Positions 11,715 through 24,062 of a DNA stretch of 64,000 bases are shown one piece after another. Both the position numbers and the translations under genes were made by a program. The notes below the pieces were generated by a model that was not told where the DNA came from, did no database searches, and worked only from the letters and a program-made list of their open reading frames with translations. The stretch lies in the NCBI GenBank assembly GCA_038087875.1, contig CM075996.1, positions 10,666,001 to 10,730,000 of the forward strand. Direction: 5' to 3'. Numbering within the stretch: the stretch's first letter is position 1; every line of letters starts with the position of its first letter. This stretch comes from Malacoraja senta. Taxonomy: Eukaryota.

Positions 11715-14700
11715 TCAATCAGTCAGGAATGTTTCTCGCAAGTCAATTTCATTGCATTGTCTTTCTTCTGCTTTGGCTGATATTAGTTCGTATAACATAG
11801 TCATTTTCTTAGTGAGGGCCGTTTCAATCAGCCACTGGGCGAGTCCTCTCACACGGGATGATGCAGCAGCCCAGGCAGACCAGTACCCCTGCAATAACTA
11901 TGAGAGCGGTTAGTGCAGAAATAACATCATTTTTCCATTTCCCGAACAATGAGTTCAGGAACCCTGTCCAGGAGGTGCCAACTCCCGAATTCTCAGCCAA
12001 TTCCTCTGCCAGTGAAGTGAGTCCAGCCAGGTCCCTGGAGACCGACCCATCAGGTGCGGTATTATTGGGAATAAAGGTGCAACAAGATGATCCGAACATT
12101 ACACATACACCTCCCTTGTCCTGCTGGTAGCATGTCCAAGGCCATTCTATTCTGCCAGGCCATTAGACTGGTCCGATCTAGTTGTTTGGCTAACCCTTTC
12201 ACAGCATAGAAACATAGAAACATAGAAAATAGGTGCAGGAGTAGGCCATTCGGCCCTTCGAGCCTGCACCGCCGTTCAATATGATCATGGCTGATCATCC
12301 AACTCAGTATCCTGTACCTGCTTTCTCTCCATACCCCCTGATCCCTTTAGCCACAAGGGCCACATCTAACTTCCTGTTAAATATAGCCAATGAACTGGCC
12401 TCAACTACATTCTCAACTACATCTCTGTGTAAAAAATGTTTTTCTCATCTCAGTCCTAAAAGATTTCCCCTTTATCCTTAATCTGTGACCCCTTGTTCTG
12501 GACTTCCCCAACATCGGGAACAATCTTCCTGCATCTAGCCTGTCCAACCCCTTAAGAATTTTGTAAGTTTCTATAAGATCCCCTCTCAATCTTCTAAATT
12601 CTAGCGAGTACAAGCCGAGTCTATCCAGCCTTTCTTCATATGAAAGTCCTGACATCCCAGGAATCAGTCTGGTGAACCTTCTCTGTACTCCCTCAATGGC
12701 AAGAATGTCCTTCCTCAGATTAGGAGAGCAAAACTGTACGCAATACTGCAGGCGTGGTCTCACCAATACCCTGTACAACTGCAGTAGAACCTCCCTGCTC
12801 CTATACTCAAATCCTTTTGCTATGAATGCTAACATACCATTCGCTTTCTTCACTGCCTGCTGCACCTGCATGCCTACTTTCAATGAGTGGTGTACCATGA
12901 CACCCAGGTCTCGTTGCATCTCCCCTTTTCCTAATCGGCCACCATTCAGGTAATAGTCTACTTTCCTGTTTTTGCCACCAACGTGGATAACCTCACATTT
13001 ATCTACATTATACTGCATCTGCCAAGCATTTGCCCACTCACCCAGCCTATCCAAGTCATCTTGCAGCCTCCTAGCACCCTCGTCACAGCTAGCACTGACC
13101 CCCAGCTTCGTGTCATCCGCAAACTTGGAGATGTTGCATTCAATTCCCTCGTCCAAATCATTAATATATATTGTAAATAGCTGGGGTCCCAGCACTGAGC
13201 CTTGCGGTACCCCACTAGTCATTGCCTGCCATTCTGAAAAGGACCCGTTTACTCCTACTCTTTGCTTCCTGCCTGCCAGCCAGTTCTCTATCCACATCAA
13301 TACTGAACCCCCAATACCGTGTGCTTTAAGTTTGTATATTAATCTCTTATGTGGGACCTTGTCGAAAGCCTTCTGAAAGTCCAGATAAAACACATCCACT
13401 GGTTCTCCCTTATCCACTCTACTAATTACATCCTCGAAAAGTTCTATAAGATTCGTCAGACATGATTTACCTTTAATAAATCCATGCTGACTTTGTCCAA
13501 TGATTTCACCATTTTCCAAATGTGCTGCTATCCCATCTTTAATAACTGACTAGCAGTTTCCCCACTACCGATGTTAGACTAACTGGTCTGTAATTCCCCG
13601 TTTTCTCTCCCTCCCTTTTTAAAAAGTAGGGTCACATTAGCTACCCTCCAATCCTCAGGAACTACTCCAGACTCTAAAGAGTTTTGAAAAATTATCACTA
13701 ATGCATCCACTATTGCTGGGGCTACTTCTTTAAGTACTCTGGGATGTAGCCTATCTGGCCCTGGGGATTTATCGGCCTTTAATCCATTCAATTTACCTAA
13801 CACCACTTCCCGGCTAACCTGGATTTCACTCAGTTCCTCCATCTCATTTGACCCCTGGTCCCCTGCTATTTCCGGCAGATTAATTAAGTCTTCCTTAGTG
13901 AAGACAGAACCAAAGTAGTTATTCAATTGGTCTGCCATGTCCTTGTTCCCCATGATCAATTCACCTGTTTCTGACTGCAAGGGACCTAAATGTGTTTTAA
14001 CTAATCTCTTGTATAATTGATAAATCGCTGCTGATTATAATATAAGTAATTTATCCAATCTACATTTTTATTAATGGTTGACCACCAGAAGATGACAGAC
14101 TCAAATCCTGCAGCTATCTGATTGCGTGCCTTAAATTCATCTGGAACCCCTCTGGGCACTCCAATTTCATCTATGTATATGTGTGCATCAAAATAATCCT
14201 TAGCAAGTTCCCTTTTCACTCTATTCCCTGTCTCGGATTTCTCCTTCACATCTTTCAGTGTTACGAGAGTAAACGGCATCATCAGCTGTATCAACGCACA
14301 GGTACCTTTCCAGTTCTTAGGTAGTTTTGCCCTCAATATTCTCCCTCCACAGTACCACCAAACATCTGCCCTCCCGACCTCATGTCCAACTAGAGCAGTT
14401 GCGTCCATCCCTGGCAAGGGACTAGATGATAGTGCAGGGGCGGGGACGGAGACGTTTACTATAATCTCGCATAACTCCAGTGTTCCCAGCTCCTTACCTC
14501 CAAGATCCCATCTAGTGAAACAATTAAATTTTCCGCCGGTTGGTATAGTGAATGGAGGTGGGATCATGTCCTTAACTACGGGGGTGAATACAAAATGCAA
14601 ATCTGTGCAATTCTTATTCTGTGGCTTGCGTTTACTAAGGTACAATGACAACATGCACTTGACTCCGCCTGGTGAGTTGGTAAAATTTAACGGGAAGGGT

Positions 14701-15396
14701 GTTGGAATAAGTTGTGGTTTTGCGGATGCACAAGCATAACAATCCGTCCTGTCTAAGGACTTAGCTGTGTAACGCATCCATTCCAACCATGCATTATCAT
14801 CCCTATATCCGGTCTCAATTTCCAGACTCTTCCAGAGGTCTGCTACTGGGATGACCTTAATTACTTGTTCTCCTGTCTTTGGTGGTGCCCGAGTTTCCTT
14901 ATCTACCTGGGGCCTTACTTTAACTTCAGTGTCTGCTGGTTCGACTACTCTCACTTCCAACTGGCTACAGGGATCCTTCCAACTAACTTCGACACACACG
15001 TAATACCACCCTTCATCTTTCTTCTGGATGTTCCTCACGGTTATATACGTTTTCCAAGTAGGCTGTGTATTTCCCCATCTTCCCCGGTTACTCAAGCCAG
15101 GGTTTGTATGGGTGTAGGACTTTCTTTTTAACGACCATCGCTGGTATTGCGCGATTCCGGTCTCTTATAGCCTGAGGACTCAGTGTTGGAAAACATAATG
15201 CCATTTCGAGCATGGTGCTAGACAGACATACACCCCATCCGTTACGTATGCTCTGCCCTCGGAACTGTCAGTTTTTATACTGACATGGGTCGATTTCAAA
15301 AGTGCTAGTACTTCCTCGGGCCATGTATATTGTATACTTCGCATATGCTGTGGTGATTAATGCAATTCCACTCAGAATAATCATCCCCCACTTCAT
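11715..15396 (-). pseudogene. env: ERV env (frameshifted, split by a CR1 at 12208-14005)
   Basis: Signal peptide [19 protein letters not shown] from ATG 15396, overlapping the pol stop. Furin site RVKR, then YIDEIGVPRGVPDEFKARNQIAAGFES. NYTRD|AVKG rejoins across the LINE. ISD-like QNRMALD, CX6CC (CVMFGSSCC) and a TM anchor follow. Confidence 0.92.
12208..14005 (-). mobile_element. 5'-truncated CR1 LINE inserted in env
   Basis: ORFs 12413..13519 and 13579..13980 encode CR1 RT. Has a (CATAGAAA)n tail. The junctions show microhomology (ATCTCTT at the 5' end) and no clear TSD. Confidence 0.92.
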
Positions 15397-18300
15397 GGTT
15401 TTGGAGGTGTAGGTTTCGGATCGTTACTGGACCTATACAGGCCGTCAGCCGTCGTCGGTCCCCCTTTCTCCTCTAAAGTTGGGATTTTTACTCTTTTGCA
15501 GTGTGTGATATGTACCCACGTTGGCCTTTCGGCAATTCTTACCGCAGTGGGAGTAGTAAGTAGTACTTGATACGGACCTTCCCACCGAGGGCTTGACCAC
15601 CTTTTTCTTTTGATAATTTTTACGAACACCGAGATTCCCTTCCGGTTGGTCAAGACCTGTTAAACCTTTCAACAAATGAGATTTGTTTATAAGCATTTTC
15701 TTCATGTACTGTGCTAGGGTACTATCTTCACTTACTGTCTCAGAAAACTTTTGTAGAACAGGGTATTGGAATGGTTTACCATACAATATTTCGTACGGGG
15801 ACATTCCCCTCGTACTTGGCAGCATTCTCTATTTAATAAGACTAATGGGAGGCAATTCTATCCAGGAGAATCCCGTTTCCGCCATTGCCTTCCTTAATTT
15901 GCTTTTAATAGTTCCATTAGTCCTTTCTACTAACCCTGCAGACTGTGGGTGGTAAGAGCAGTGATGTTTTAATTGTATTTTAGGGTCGCCGTGAGCTTCT
16001 CTATTATCTCATTGACAAAATGGCTCCCATTGTCACTATATATTTTCTCTGGTATCCCGAACCTTGGTATGATGTCCCTGAGGAGAGCTTTTGCCACTGT
16101 CAACGCGTCCGCATTGGCAGAGGGAAAAACTTCAACCCGTCGGGAAAATACATCAATAATCACTAAACAATATTTCTTCCCTTGTGATAAAGTACCTTGG
16201 TTGTGGGTACTTCCCTTGTTGTTTCTTCATGTTTCCTTGTGGATTGTACCTGGCACATATCTTGCACGTTTCGCAGTACTTCTTTGCATAACTCGTGAAC
16301 CCATAGGTTTTGAACACCTTCTCAACTAATTGCACCATTCCTCCTGTTGAGACATGGGTTACCCCATGGCTCATAACACAGGCAAATCGGAATAGGAACT
16401 TTGGCAATATCAAGCGTCCATCTTTATATCTCCACAGTCCATCCTCCTGTTTTCCCGCTTCATCCATTTTCCATTTGTATTTTTCCGTTGGGGGTGCGGC
16501 CTTTTGCATGTTTTGCAACACCTCGTGGTCCACTTCTTGTATCTCCAGTCCGAAACTCCTTCTTTATGGTCTGGGGGTCGCTGGGCTGCCTCCTTGGCAG
16601 CTGCATCAGCTATTCGGTTTCCATACTGATTGAGTCTGTTCCTTTGGTGTGTGCGGCACATTTGCAGATGGCTATTGCTTTTGGCAGTAGCACGGCTCCA
16701 AGAAGTTAAGAATGAGATCCTTATGCAGTAGGGGTTTTCCTGTGGAGGTAACCATTCCTCGGTTCCTCCATTGTGCGGCGAAGACATGTACCGTGGAGAA
16801 AGCGTAGGCACTGTCTGTGTAGATGTTGACCCTCTGCTAGTCTGCAGGCTTCTATAAGTTCAACTAATTCTGCAGCTTGTGCAGAGTAATGCGGTGGCAG
16901 TGCTTTGGCTTTCAGTGAATCGGTTTCCGTGACCACTGCAAAACCTTGATTGGTTTGTTCCAGTCTCATTCTTCTTGCAGGACCCGTCGATGTACAATGT
17001 CAGGTCCGGGTCTTTCAAGGCGTTGTCCTTGAGGTCTGGTCTTGGCATCACTAACTTGTCAGTCTGTTCCAGGCAATTGTGCGGTTCCCCATCTTCCTCG
17101 GTCGGCATCAGTGTAGCTGGGTTCAAGGTAGTACATCTTTCTATAGTCAGATTGGGTTGTGATAGCAGTACTGCCATGCAAGACAAATGCCTAGCTGGTG
17201 ATAGATACCAGATCTTTTGTTGTAGTAATAGGACTGATACGGCGTGTGGTACCCTCAATACCAGTGGCCTATATAAGACGATCATTGCAGAAGCTTGTAC
17301 TGCTAATGCTGCGGCTATAACCAATTGTAGGCACGTTGGAAGGGCTCGTGCCACTTGATCCAGCTTGGTTGAATAGTAGGCGATGGGTCTCAATTTCCCT
17401 CCATGGTCTTGCAGCAGTACGGACGTCATGTATCCCTGTTTGCTGTTAACTGTTTGGATAAATGGCTTCTCTGAATTTGGTAAGGCTAGTACAGTGGACG
17501 ATACCAGTGCCTGTTTTACAGTCTCAAGTGCCTCCTCACCTTCTTCGGTCCAAGTTATCTGTTCTTTTGTCGCCATTGGTTGGTGATAGATGAGTTGCAG
17601 AAGTGGTCCCGTCATTTAGGCATAGCTTGGGATCCATTTGTCAGCAGAAATTGGCCATTCCCAAGAATTGCATCATTTCTCTCTTGGTTGTGGGCCTTGG
17701 TGCGGCTAGGATTGCTTTTTTTCGGTTCCCTTCCAGTTCCCGTCCTTCCTGGGATATATCGTACCCCAAGTACTTAACCTTTTCTTTACATAGTTGTAGC
17801 TTTCCTTTACTAACCTTATGTCCTTGTTCTGACAGGAACTTAAGTAATGTTACTGTATCCTTCTCGCAGTCTTCCATCGTCGGGGAGCAGAGTAACACGT
17901 CATCCACGTACAGGAGAATTTTGCTAACGTAGGGGGTTGTAAACTTCTCAATATTTGAACTTATTGCCATAGAAATTATTGTCGGACTCTCGGTGGATCC
18001 TTGAGGTAGTCGTGTGTAGGTCCATCTTTTTCCTTCAAAGGTAAAAGCAAACCAGAATTGACAATCCGGGTGTACTGGTATAGAGAAGAAGGCATTAGCT
18101 AGGTCGATCACAGTGAAGTACCTATGTTTAGGATCAATGTAACTCAGGAGGGTACTAGGGTCGGGAACACACGGAGCTCTTGGCATCACAGCTCGGTTTA
18201 CGGCTTGGAGGTCTTGGACCATTCTCCATCCGTCGGATGGTGCCGCTTTCTTTACCGGGAACATAGGTGTGTTACACGGAGAGTTTTTCAAATGGAATGA

Positions 18301-19494
18301 TGACTCCTTTTCCTTTTAATGCCTTAAAGATTGGTCTTATCCCCTCGATTGCTTCTTTTCGCAAGGGGTACTGCCTTTGGTACAGTCGGTGGGATGTTTT
18401 TGGGGGTTACCCGTACAGGACTGATTCCTTTTATGAGTCCAACGTCGGATGGTCCGGCTGACCACAGGTGTTTGGGAATCTGTGCTATCAGTTCCTCGTC
18501 CTGTTCCGTGAGGTTCTTCCGCCGTCGGCTAGGTGGACCCCCTTGGGCCCCCCTTGTCGTCCAGTTCGCTCGTGTATATAGTCCTGCACGTTTACTGTAG
18601 TAGACCTGTGCTTTCCCGTCTACCAGTGTCCAATTCTTTTCTGCTTCCCCCTTTGCGACTAGTTCTCCTAGGTATCTCCACCTGCCTCCTTGCTTTTTGG
18701 AGACAGAAACGTGGGGGTCTTGAAGGGTAGCCGCGGAACAATTCGTAGTCCTTAGCTAGCCTTACTGCTATGGCGGCATTACCTTGTTGGTCCCAATACA
18801 AGTCAGTCAAGTGTAGGGTAGAGTATCTTACTTTCAGAAGCTTTGTCTCATACTTTTTATCCGACCCCGTGGTGTATTTAAAAACCACAGGGTGCAATGT
18901 AACTCGTCTGGTGCATGTAGGACAGCTTCTGGTATTATTCTTTCCCTTACTTCCCTGACCAGATCTTCCACTACCAAGGTTGGTCCGTTTTTCGCTAAGT
19001 GGACGGTATAATAATAGTGTGGCTCCCCTGCTCCCTCCTGGTCGGTTGTCTCAGTTGTCCCTTGTGACAGCTGTATAGCTTTTATCCCTTGTGTGGTGGG
19101 TATTATACCAATGCGCAATCCCATCATAATGTCTCGACCTAGCAAATTTACTGGACAACTCACAACACACATTAGATATTGGTTCTTGGAACTTAAGTGG
19201 TTTCGTCAAGAACTCCACGTTAGTATGACCGGTGGCGGACTTTACTGTTATTGAATTCTTGGAGTATAATGTTCCCGGGGGCTCTTCGTCTTTTATTATG
19301 ACAGTTTTACATGCTCCGCTATCGCATAAGAATGTCATCCTTTCCCCATTCACTATTAAACTTATCGTAGGCTTTAGGTAGTCTTGTAAGACATAGAAGA
19401 TTTCTTCTAGATCCAATATTTGCAGAGGCTCTTTGTCGGCTGGGGGAGTGGGAGTATCTCTGTTTGATTTGTCCCTCCCTTCAGTCTCGGTCAG
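15393..19494 (-). pseudogene. pol: ERV pro-pol (protease, 2H-like domain, RT, RNase H, integrase), multiple frameshifts
   Basis: Protease FLCDSGA and NLLGRD. RT IDLANAF, LPQG, YVDD, YLG. RNase H YIDGS, SAQAAEL, TDS, GNRIAD. IN HGVTH..C..C, SDNG, GLVER, WEGPY. Confidence 0.95.
18560..19030 (-). other. 2H-phosphoesterase-like domain inside pol
   Basis: LHCTL (HCT at 18891-18899) and PHVSV (HVS at 18705-18713, after frameshifts), about 60 codons apart, between PR and RT. Confidence 0.7.
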
Positions 19495-20774
19495 TCAGGA
19501 TCGGTCATAGCTTCGGGACCTTGGACCCTCCTCGCCTTCTCTTAGCCTGGGGACAATCTCGAGCCCAATGGTCGAGTTTTCCGCAGACAAAACATCCCAC
19601 CCCCTTGGGGACCTACTCCCTCTACCTCTGCCTCTACCTCTACCTCTTCTTCTGCCTCTCTGGCCTCCCCACCCCTGATCTCCTTGTTTTACCCAGTAGA
19701 ATACAGAGACGGTATTTTTGCTTATTTCCTCAACATCGGCCAGATAAACGTTCTTTACAATCTTTTTCTGTTTGGTGTTTTCCTCCGCATGTACTGCCAA
19801 CCTTTGTTTTCCATCCCACCATGTGCTTTTTTATATATTAACTAATCTCGGGTTTTTGTCCGTTTAACAGTTCGATTTTAAACTGTTGGGCGGTCCATCG
19901 TCCGCCCACGGGATCGGTACTCCTCAAAGACAACCCTAAGTCTGTAGAAATAGTGTAGCACAGGCTCGTCTTTATTTTGTGTACATTCCCTAATTCTATT
20001 GTAATCGACTCCTCTCTGGAAGTGTGCTCTTATTCGATTTTCAATAGCTATTCGTCTGTTATGATAATCATTCTGACCTGGTGCCCACTGAAGGGGTGCT
20101 CCATTTACAATAGCATTCCAATCTCCTTCAATTAAACAGCAATCACACCCGATAAGACTTTGCAACGCTTGTTCATATTCTACAGTATTTAAACAATAAC
20201 TTACAACCAGGTTTCCAAAGTCCCTCTGCCACTTTGCGAAATTATCTCTAGGATGTGGAATGCCCTTCAGTGCCTTTTTAATATCCTCCATATTCCATGG
20301 CCTGTACACGTACATTGGCCCCACTGCGCCGGCATCTGGAGTAGGCATTGGAATCATAGGATACGTTTCGTCCCCGCTTGGTCTTATTGACCGTGGAGAT
20401 TTAGGCTCAAATATAGGGCCTGAATGAAGATTATAAACGGTAACTGAGCGAGTGGTTCTCGGACTTTGCAAACCTGGGTGCAACTGGCCACTTTCCTTAA
20501 TGGTTGGTTTTTGTACCAGTACGGGGGTTGGAGCCCTTGTTGAGTCCGGTCCGACGGTTTCTTCCGCCGTCGCCGGTGCAAGGCCACCCCCTTTTTCTCC
20601 GGTGTGTATGGAGGGGGGGCACTCGCCATACCCGGTGATCGGTGGAAGACCTCGTTGTCCCCCTTCTGGAGGAATGCGTTTGTCGATGGTTTGTTTTTGG
20701 TAGGTTGTTATTTCTCTTTTTCCTTTCCGTCTCTCTTCCTGAAGCCACAGACGTGCTTCATGGTTGCCCAACTT

Positions 20775-23700
20775 ACATAGATACATAGATACATAGAAAA
20801 TAGGTGCAGGAGTAGGCCATTCGGCCCTTCGAGCCTGCACCGCCATTCAATATGATCATGGCTGATCATTCAACTCAGTATCCCGTACCTGCCTTCTCTC
20901 CATACCCCCTGATCCCTTTAGCCACAAGGGCCACATCTAACTCCCTCTTAAATATAGCCAATGAACTGGCGTCAACTACCCTCTGTGGCAGAGAGTTCCA
21001 GAGATTCACCACTCTCTGTGTGAAAAAGTTTTTCCTCATCTCGGTCTTAAAGGATTTCCCCCTTATCGTTAAGCTGTGACCCCTTGTCCTGGACTTCCCC
21101 AACATCGGGAACAATCTTCCTGCATCTAGCCTGTCCAACCCCATAAGAATTTTGTACGTTTCTATAAGATCCCCTCTCAATCTCCTAAATTCTAGCGAGT
21201 ATAAGCCAAGTCTATTCAGTCTTTCTTCATATGAAAGTCCTGACATCCCAGGAATCAGTCTGGTGAACCTTCTCTGCACTCCCTCTATGGCTATAATGTC
21301 CTTCCTCAGATTTGGAGACCAAAACTGTACGCAATACTCCAGGTGTGGTCTCACCAAGACCCTGTACAACTGCAGTAGAACCTCCCTGCTCCTATACTCA
21401 AATCCTCTTGCTATGAAGGCCAACATACCATTCGCTTTCTTCACTGCCTGCTGCACCTGCATGCCTACTTTCAATGACTGGTGTACCATGACACCCAGGT
21501 CTCGCTGCACCTCCCCATTTCCTAATCGGCCACCATTTAGATAATAGTCTGCCTTCCCGTTTTTGCCACCAAAGTGGATAACCTCACATTTATCCACATT
21601 ATACTGCATCTGCCAAACATTTGCCCACTCACCCAGCCTATCCAAGACACCTTGCAGTCTCCTAGCATCCTCCTCACAGCTAACACTGCCCCCCAGCTTA
21701 GTGTCATCCGCAAACTTGGAGATGTTGCTTTCAATTCCCTCGTCCAGATCATTAATATAAATTGTAAATAGCTGGGGTCCCAGCACTGAGCCTTGCGGTA
21801 CCCCACTAGTCACTGCCTGCCATTGTGAAAAGGACCCGTTTACTCCTACTCTTTGCTTCCTGTTTGCCAGCCAGTTCTCTATCCACATCAATACTGAACC
21901 CCCAATACCGTGTGATTTAAGTTTGTATCCTAATCTCTTATGTGGTACCTTGTCGAAAGCCTTCTGAAAGTCCAGATACAACACATCCACTAGTTCTCCC
22001 CTATCCACTCTACTAGTTACATCCTCGAAAAATTCTATAAGATTCGTCAGACACGATTTACCTTTCGTAAATCCATGCTGACTTTGTCCAATGATTTCAC
22101 CACTTTCCAAATGTGCTGCTATCCCATCTTTAATAACTGACTCTAGCAGTTTCCCCACTACCGATGTTAGACTAACTGGTCTGTAATTCCCCGTTTTCTC
22201 TCTCCCTCCCTTCTTAAAAGGTGGGGTTACGTTTGCTACCCTCCAATCCTCAGGAACTACTCCAGAATCTAAAGAATTTTGAAAAATTATCACTAATGCA
22301 TCCACTATTTCTGGAGCTACTTCCTTAAGTACTCTGGGATGCAGCCTATCTGGCCCTGGTGATTTATCGGCCTTTAATCCATTCAATTTACCCAACACCA
22401 CTTCCCGACTAACCTGGATTTCACTCAGTTCCTCCATCTCCTTTGACCCGCGGCCCCCTGCTATTTCCGGCAGATTATTTATGTCTTCCTTAGTGAAGAC
22501 GGAACCAAAGTAGTTATTCAATTGGTCCGCCATATCCTTGTTCCCCATGATCAATTCACCTGTTTCTGACTGCAAGGGACCTACATTTGTTTTAACTAAT
22601 CTCTTTCTCTTCACATATCTATAAAAACTTTTGCAGTCAGTTTTTATGTTCCCTGCCAGTTTCCTTTCATAATCTATTTTCCCTTTCCTAATTAAGCCCT
22701 TTGTCCTCCTCTGCTGGTCTCTGAATTTCTCCCAGTCCTCTGGTATGCTGCTTTTTCTGGCTAATTTGTACGCAACATCTTTTGCTTTGATACTATCCCT
22801 GATTTCCCTTGTTATCCACGGATGCACTACCTTCCCTGATTTATTCTTTTGCCAAACTGGGATGAACATTTTTTGTAGTTCATCCATGCAGTCTTTAAAT
22901 GCCTTCCATTGCATATCCACCGTCAACCCTTTTAGAACTAATTGCCAGTCAATCTTGGCCAATTCACGTCTCATATCCTCAAAGTTACCTTTCTTTAAGT
23001 TCAGAACCGTTGTTTCTGAATTAACAATGTCACTCTCCATCCTAATGAAGAACTCAACCATATTATGGTCACTCTTGCCCAAGGGGGCACGCACAACAAG
23101 TCTGCTAACTAACCCTTCCTCATTACTCAATACCCAGTCTAGAATAGCCTGCTCTCTCGTTGGTTCCTCTACATGTTGGTTTAGATAACTATCCCTCATA
23201 CATTCCAAGAAATCCTCTTCCTCAGCACCCCTGCCAATTTGATTCACCCAATCTATATGTAGATTGAAGTCACCCATTATAACTGTTTTGCCTTTGTCGC
23301 ACGCATTTCTAATTTCCTGTTTGATGCCATCCCCAACTTCACTACTACTGCTAGGTGGCCTGTACACAACACCCACCAGCGTTTTCTGCCCCTTAGTATT
23401 TCGTAGCTCTACCCATACCGATTCCACATCCTCCAAGCTAATGTCCTTCCTTTCCACTGCGTTAATCTCCTCTCTAACCAGCAACGCTACCCCACCTCCT
23501 TTTCCTTTCTCTCTATCCCTCCTGAATATTGAATATCCCTGGATGTTCAGCTCCCAGCCTTGGTCACCATGGAGCCATGTCTCCGTGATCCCAACTATAT
23601 CATAATCATTAATTGCTATCTGCACGTTTAACTCATCGACCTTATTACGAATGCTCCTTGCATTGAGACACAAAGCCTTCAGGCTTGTTTTTACAACGCT

Positions 23701-24062
23701 CTTACCCCTTATACAATTATGTTGGAAAGTGGCTCTTTTTGATTTTTGCCCTGGATTTGTCTGCCTGCCACTTTTACTTTTCACCTTGCTACCTATTGCT
23801 TCCGCCCGCATTTTGCACCCCTCTGTTTCTCTGCTCACCCATTTAAGAACCCCACCACCTCTTATTCTCTGTTTATTATTGTTTTCTTCTTTCCCCCCTA
23901 CATGTTGGGTCTGAGTGCTTTCCTTCTCTGCCTCCTGCCTCACACACTGTCTAATAGCATTCTCTATTTGAGTCCCTCCCCCCAACCATTCTAGTTTAAA
24001 GTCTCCCCAGTAGCCTTTGCAGATCTCCCCGCCAGGATATCGGTCCCCCTCAGGTTCAAGTG
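20775..24062 (-). mobile_element. Young CR1 LINE with complete ORF2 and the 3' tail of ORF1, inserted in gag
   Basis: (CATAGATA)n tail. CAACTT is present at both junctions (20769-20774 and 24063-24068). ORF1 tail LHLNLRGTDILAGR resembles the end of the CR1 SGNH-esterase ORF1. Confidence 0.95.
20875..23985 (-). CDS. CR1 ORF2: APE endonuclease plus reverse transcriptase, uninterrupted (1036 codons; first in-frame ATG at 23811)
   Basis: EN motifs NARS, ITETW, YRPP, GDFN, LD, SDH. RT motifs [31 protein letters not shown]. Confidence 0.93.
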   Translation of the reverse strand: MGGGTQIENAIRQCVRQEAEKESTQTQHVGGKEENNNKQRIRGGGVLKWVSRETEGCKMRAEAIGSKVKSKSGRQTNPGQKSKRATFQHNCIRGKSVVKTSLKALCLNARSIRNKVDELNVQIAINDYDIVGITETWLHGDQGWELNIQGYSIFRRDREKGKGGGVALLVREEINAVERKDISLEDVESVWVELRNTKGQKTLVGVVYRPPSSSSEVGDGIKQEIRNACDKGKTVIMGDFNLHIDWVNQIGRGAEEEDFLECMRDSYLNQHVEEPTREQAILDWVLSNEEGLVSRLVVRAPLGKSDHNMVEFFIRMESDIVNSETTVLNLKKGNFEDMRRELAKIDWQLVLKGLTVDMQWKAFKDCMDELQKMFIPVWQKNKSGKVVHPWITREIRDSIKAKDVAYKLARKSSIPEDWEKFRDQQRRTKGLIRKGKIDYERKLAGNIKTDCKSFYRYVKRKRLVKTNVGPLQSETGELIMGNKDMADQLNNYFGSVFTKEDINNLPEIAGGRGSKEMEELSEIQVSREVVLGKLNGLKADKSPGPDRLHPRVLKEVAPEIVDALVIIFQNSLDSGVVPEDWRVANVTPPFKKGGREKTGNYRPVSLTSVVGKLLESVIKDGIAAHLESGEIIGQSQHGFTKGKSCLTNLIEFFEDVTSRVDRGELVDVLYLDFQKAFDKVPHKRLGYKLKSHGIGGSVLMWIENWLANRKQRVGVNGSFSQWQAVTSGVPQGSVLGPQLFTIYINDLDEGIESNISKFADDTKLGGSVSCEEDARRLQGVLDRLGEWANVWQMQYNVDKCEVIHFGGKNGKADYYLNGGRLGNGEVQRDLGVMVHQSLKVGMQVQQAVKKANGMLAFIARGFEYRSREVLLQLYRVLVRPHLEYCVQFWSPNLRKDIIAIEGVQRRFTRLIPGMSGLSYEERLNRLGLYSLEFRRLRGDLIETYKILMGLDRLDAGRLFPMLGKSRTRGHSLTIRGKSFKTEMRKNFFTQRVVNLWNSLPQRVVDASSLAIFKRELDVALVAKGIRGYGEKAGTGY

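Noticed and set aside
21152..23914. Recurring plus-strand ORFs (MYVSIRSPL..., MPPKWITSH...)
   Set aside because: Antisense shadows of CR1 ORF2, repeated in each copy.
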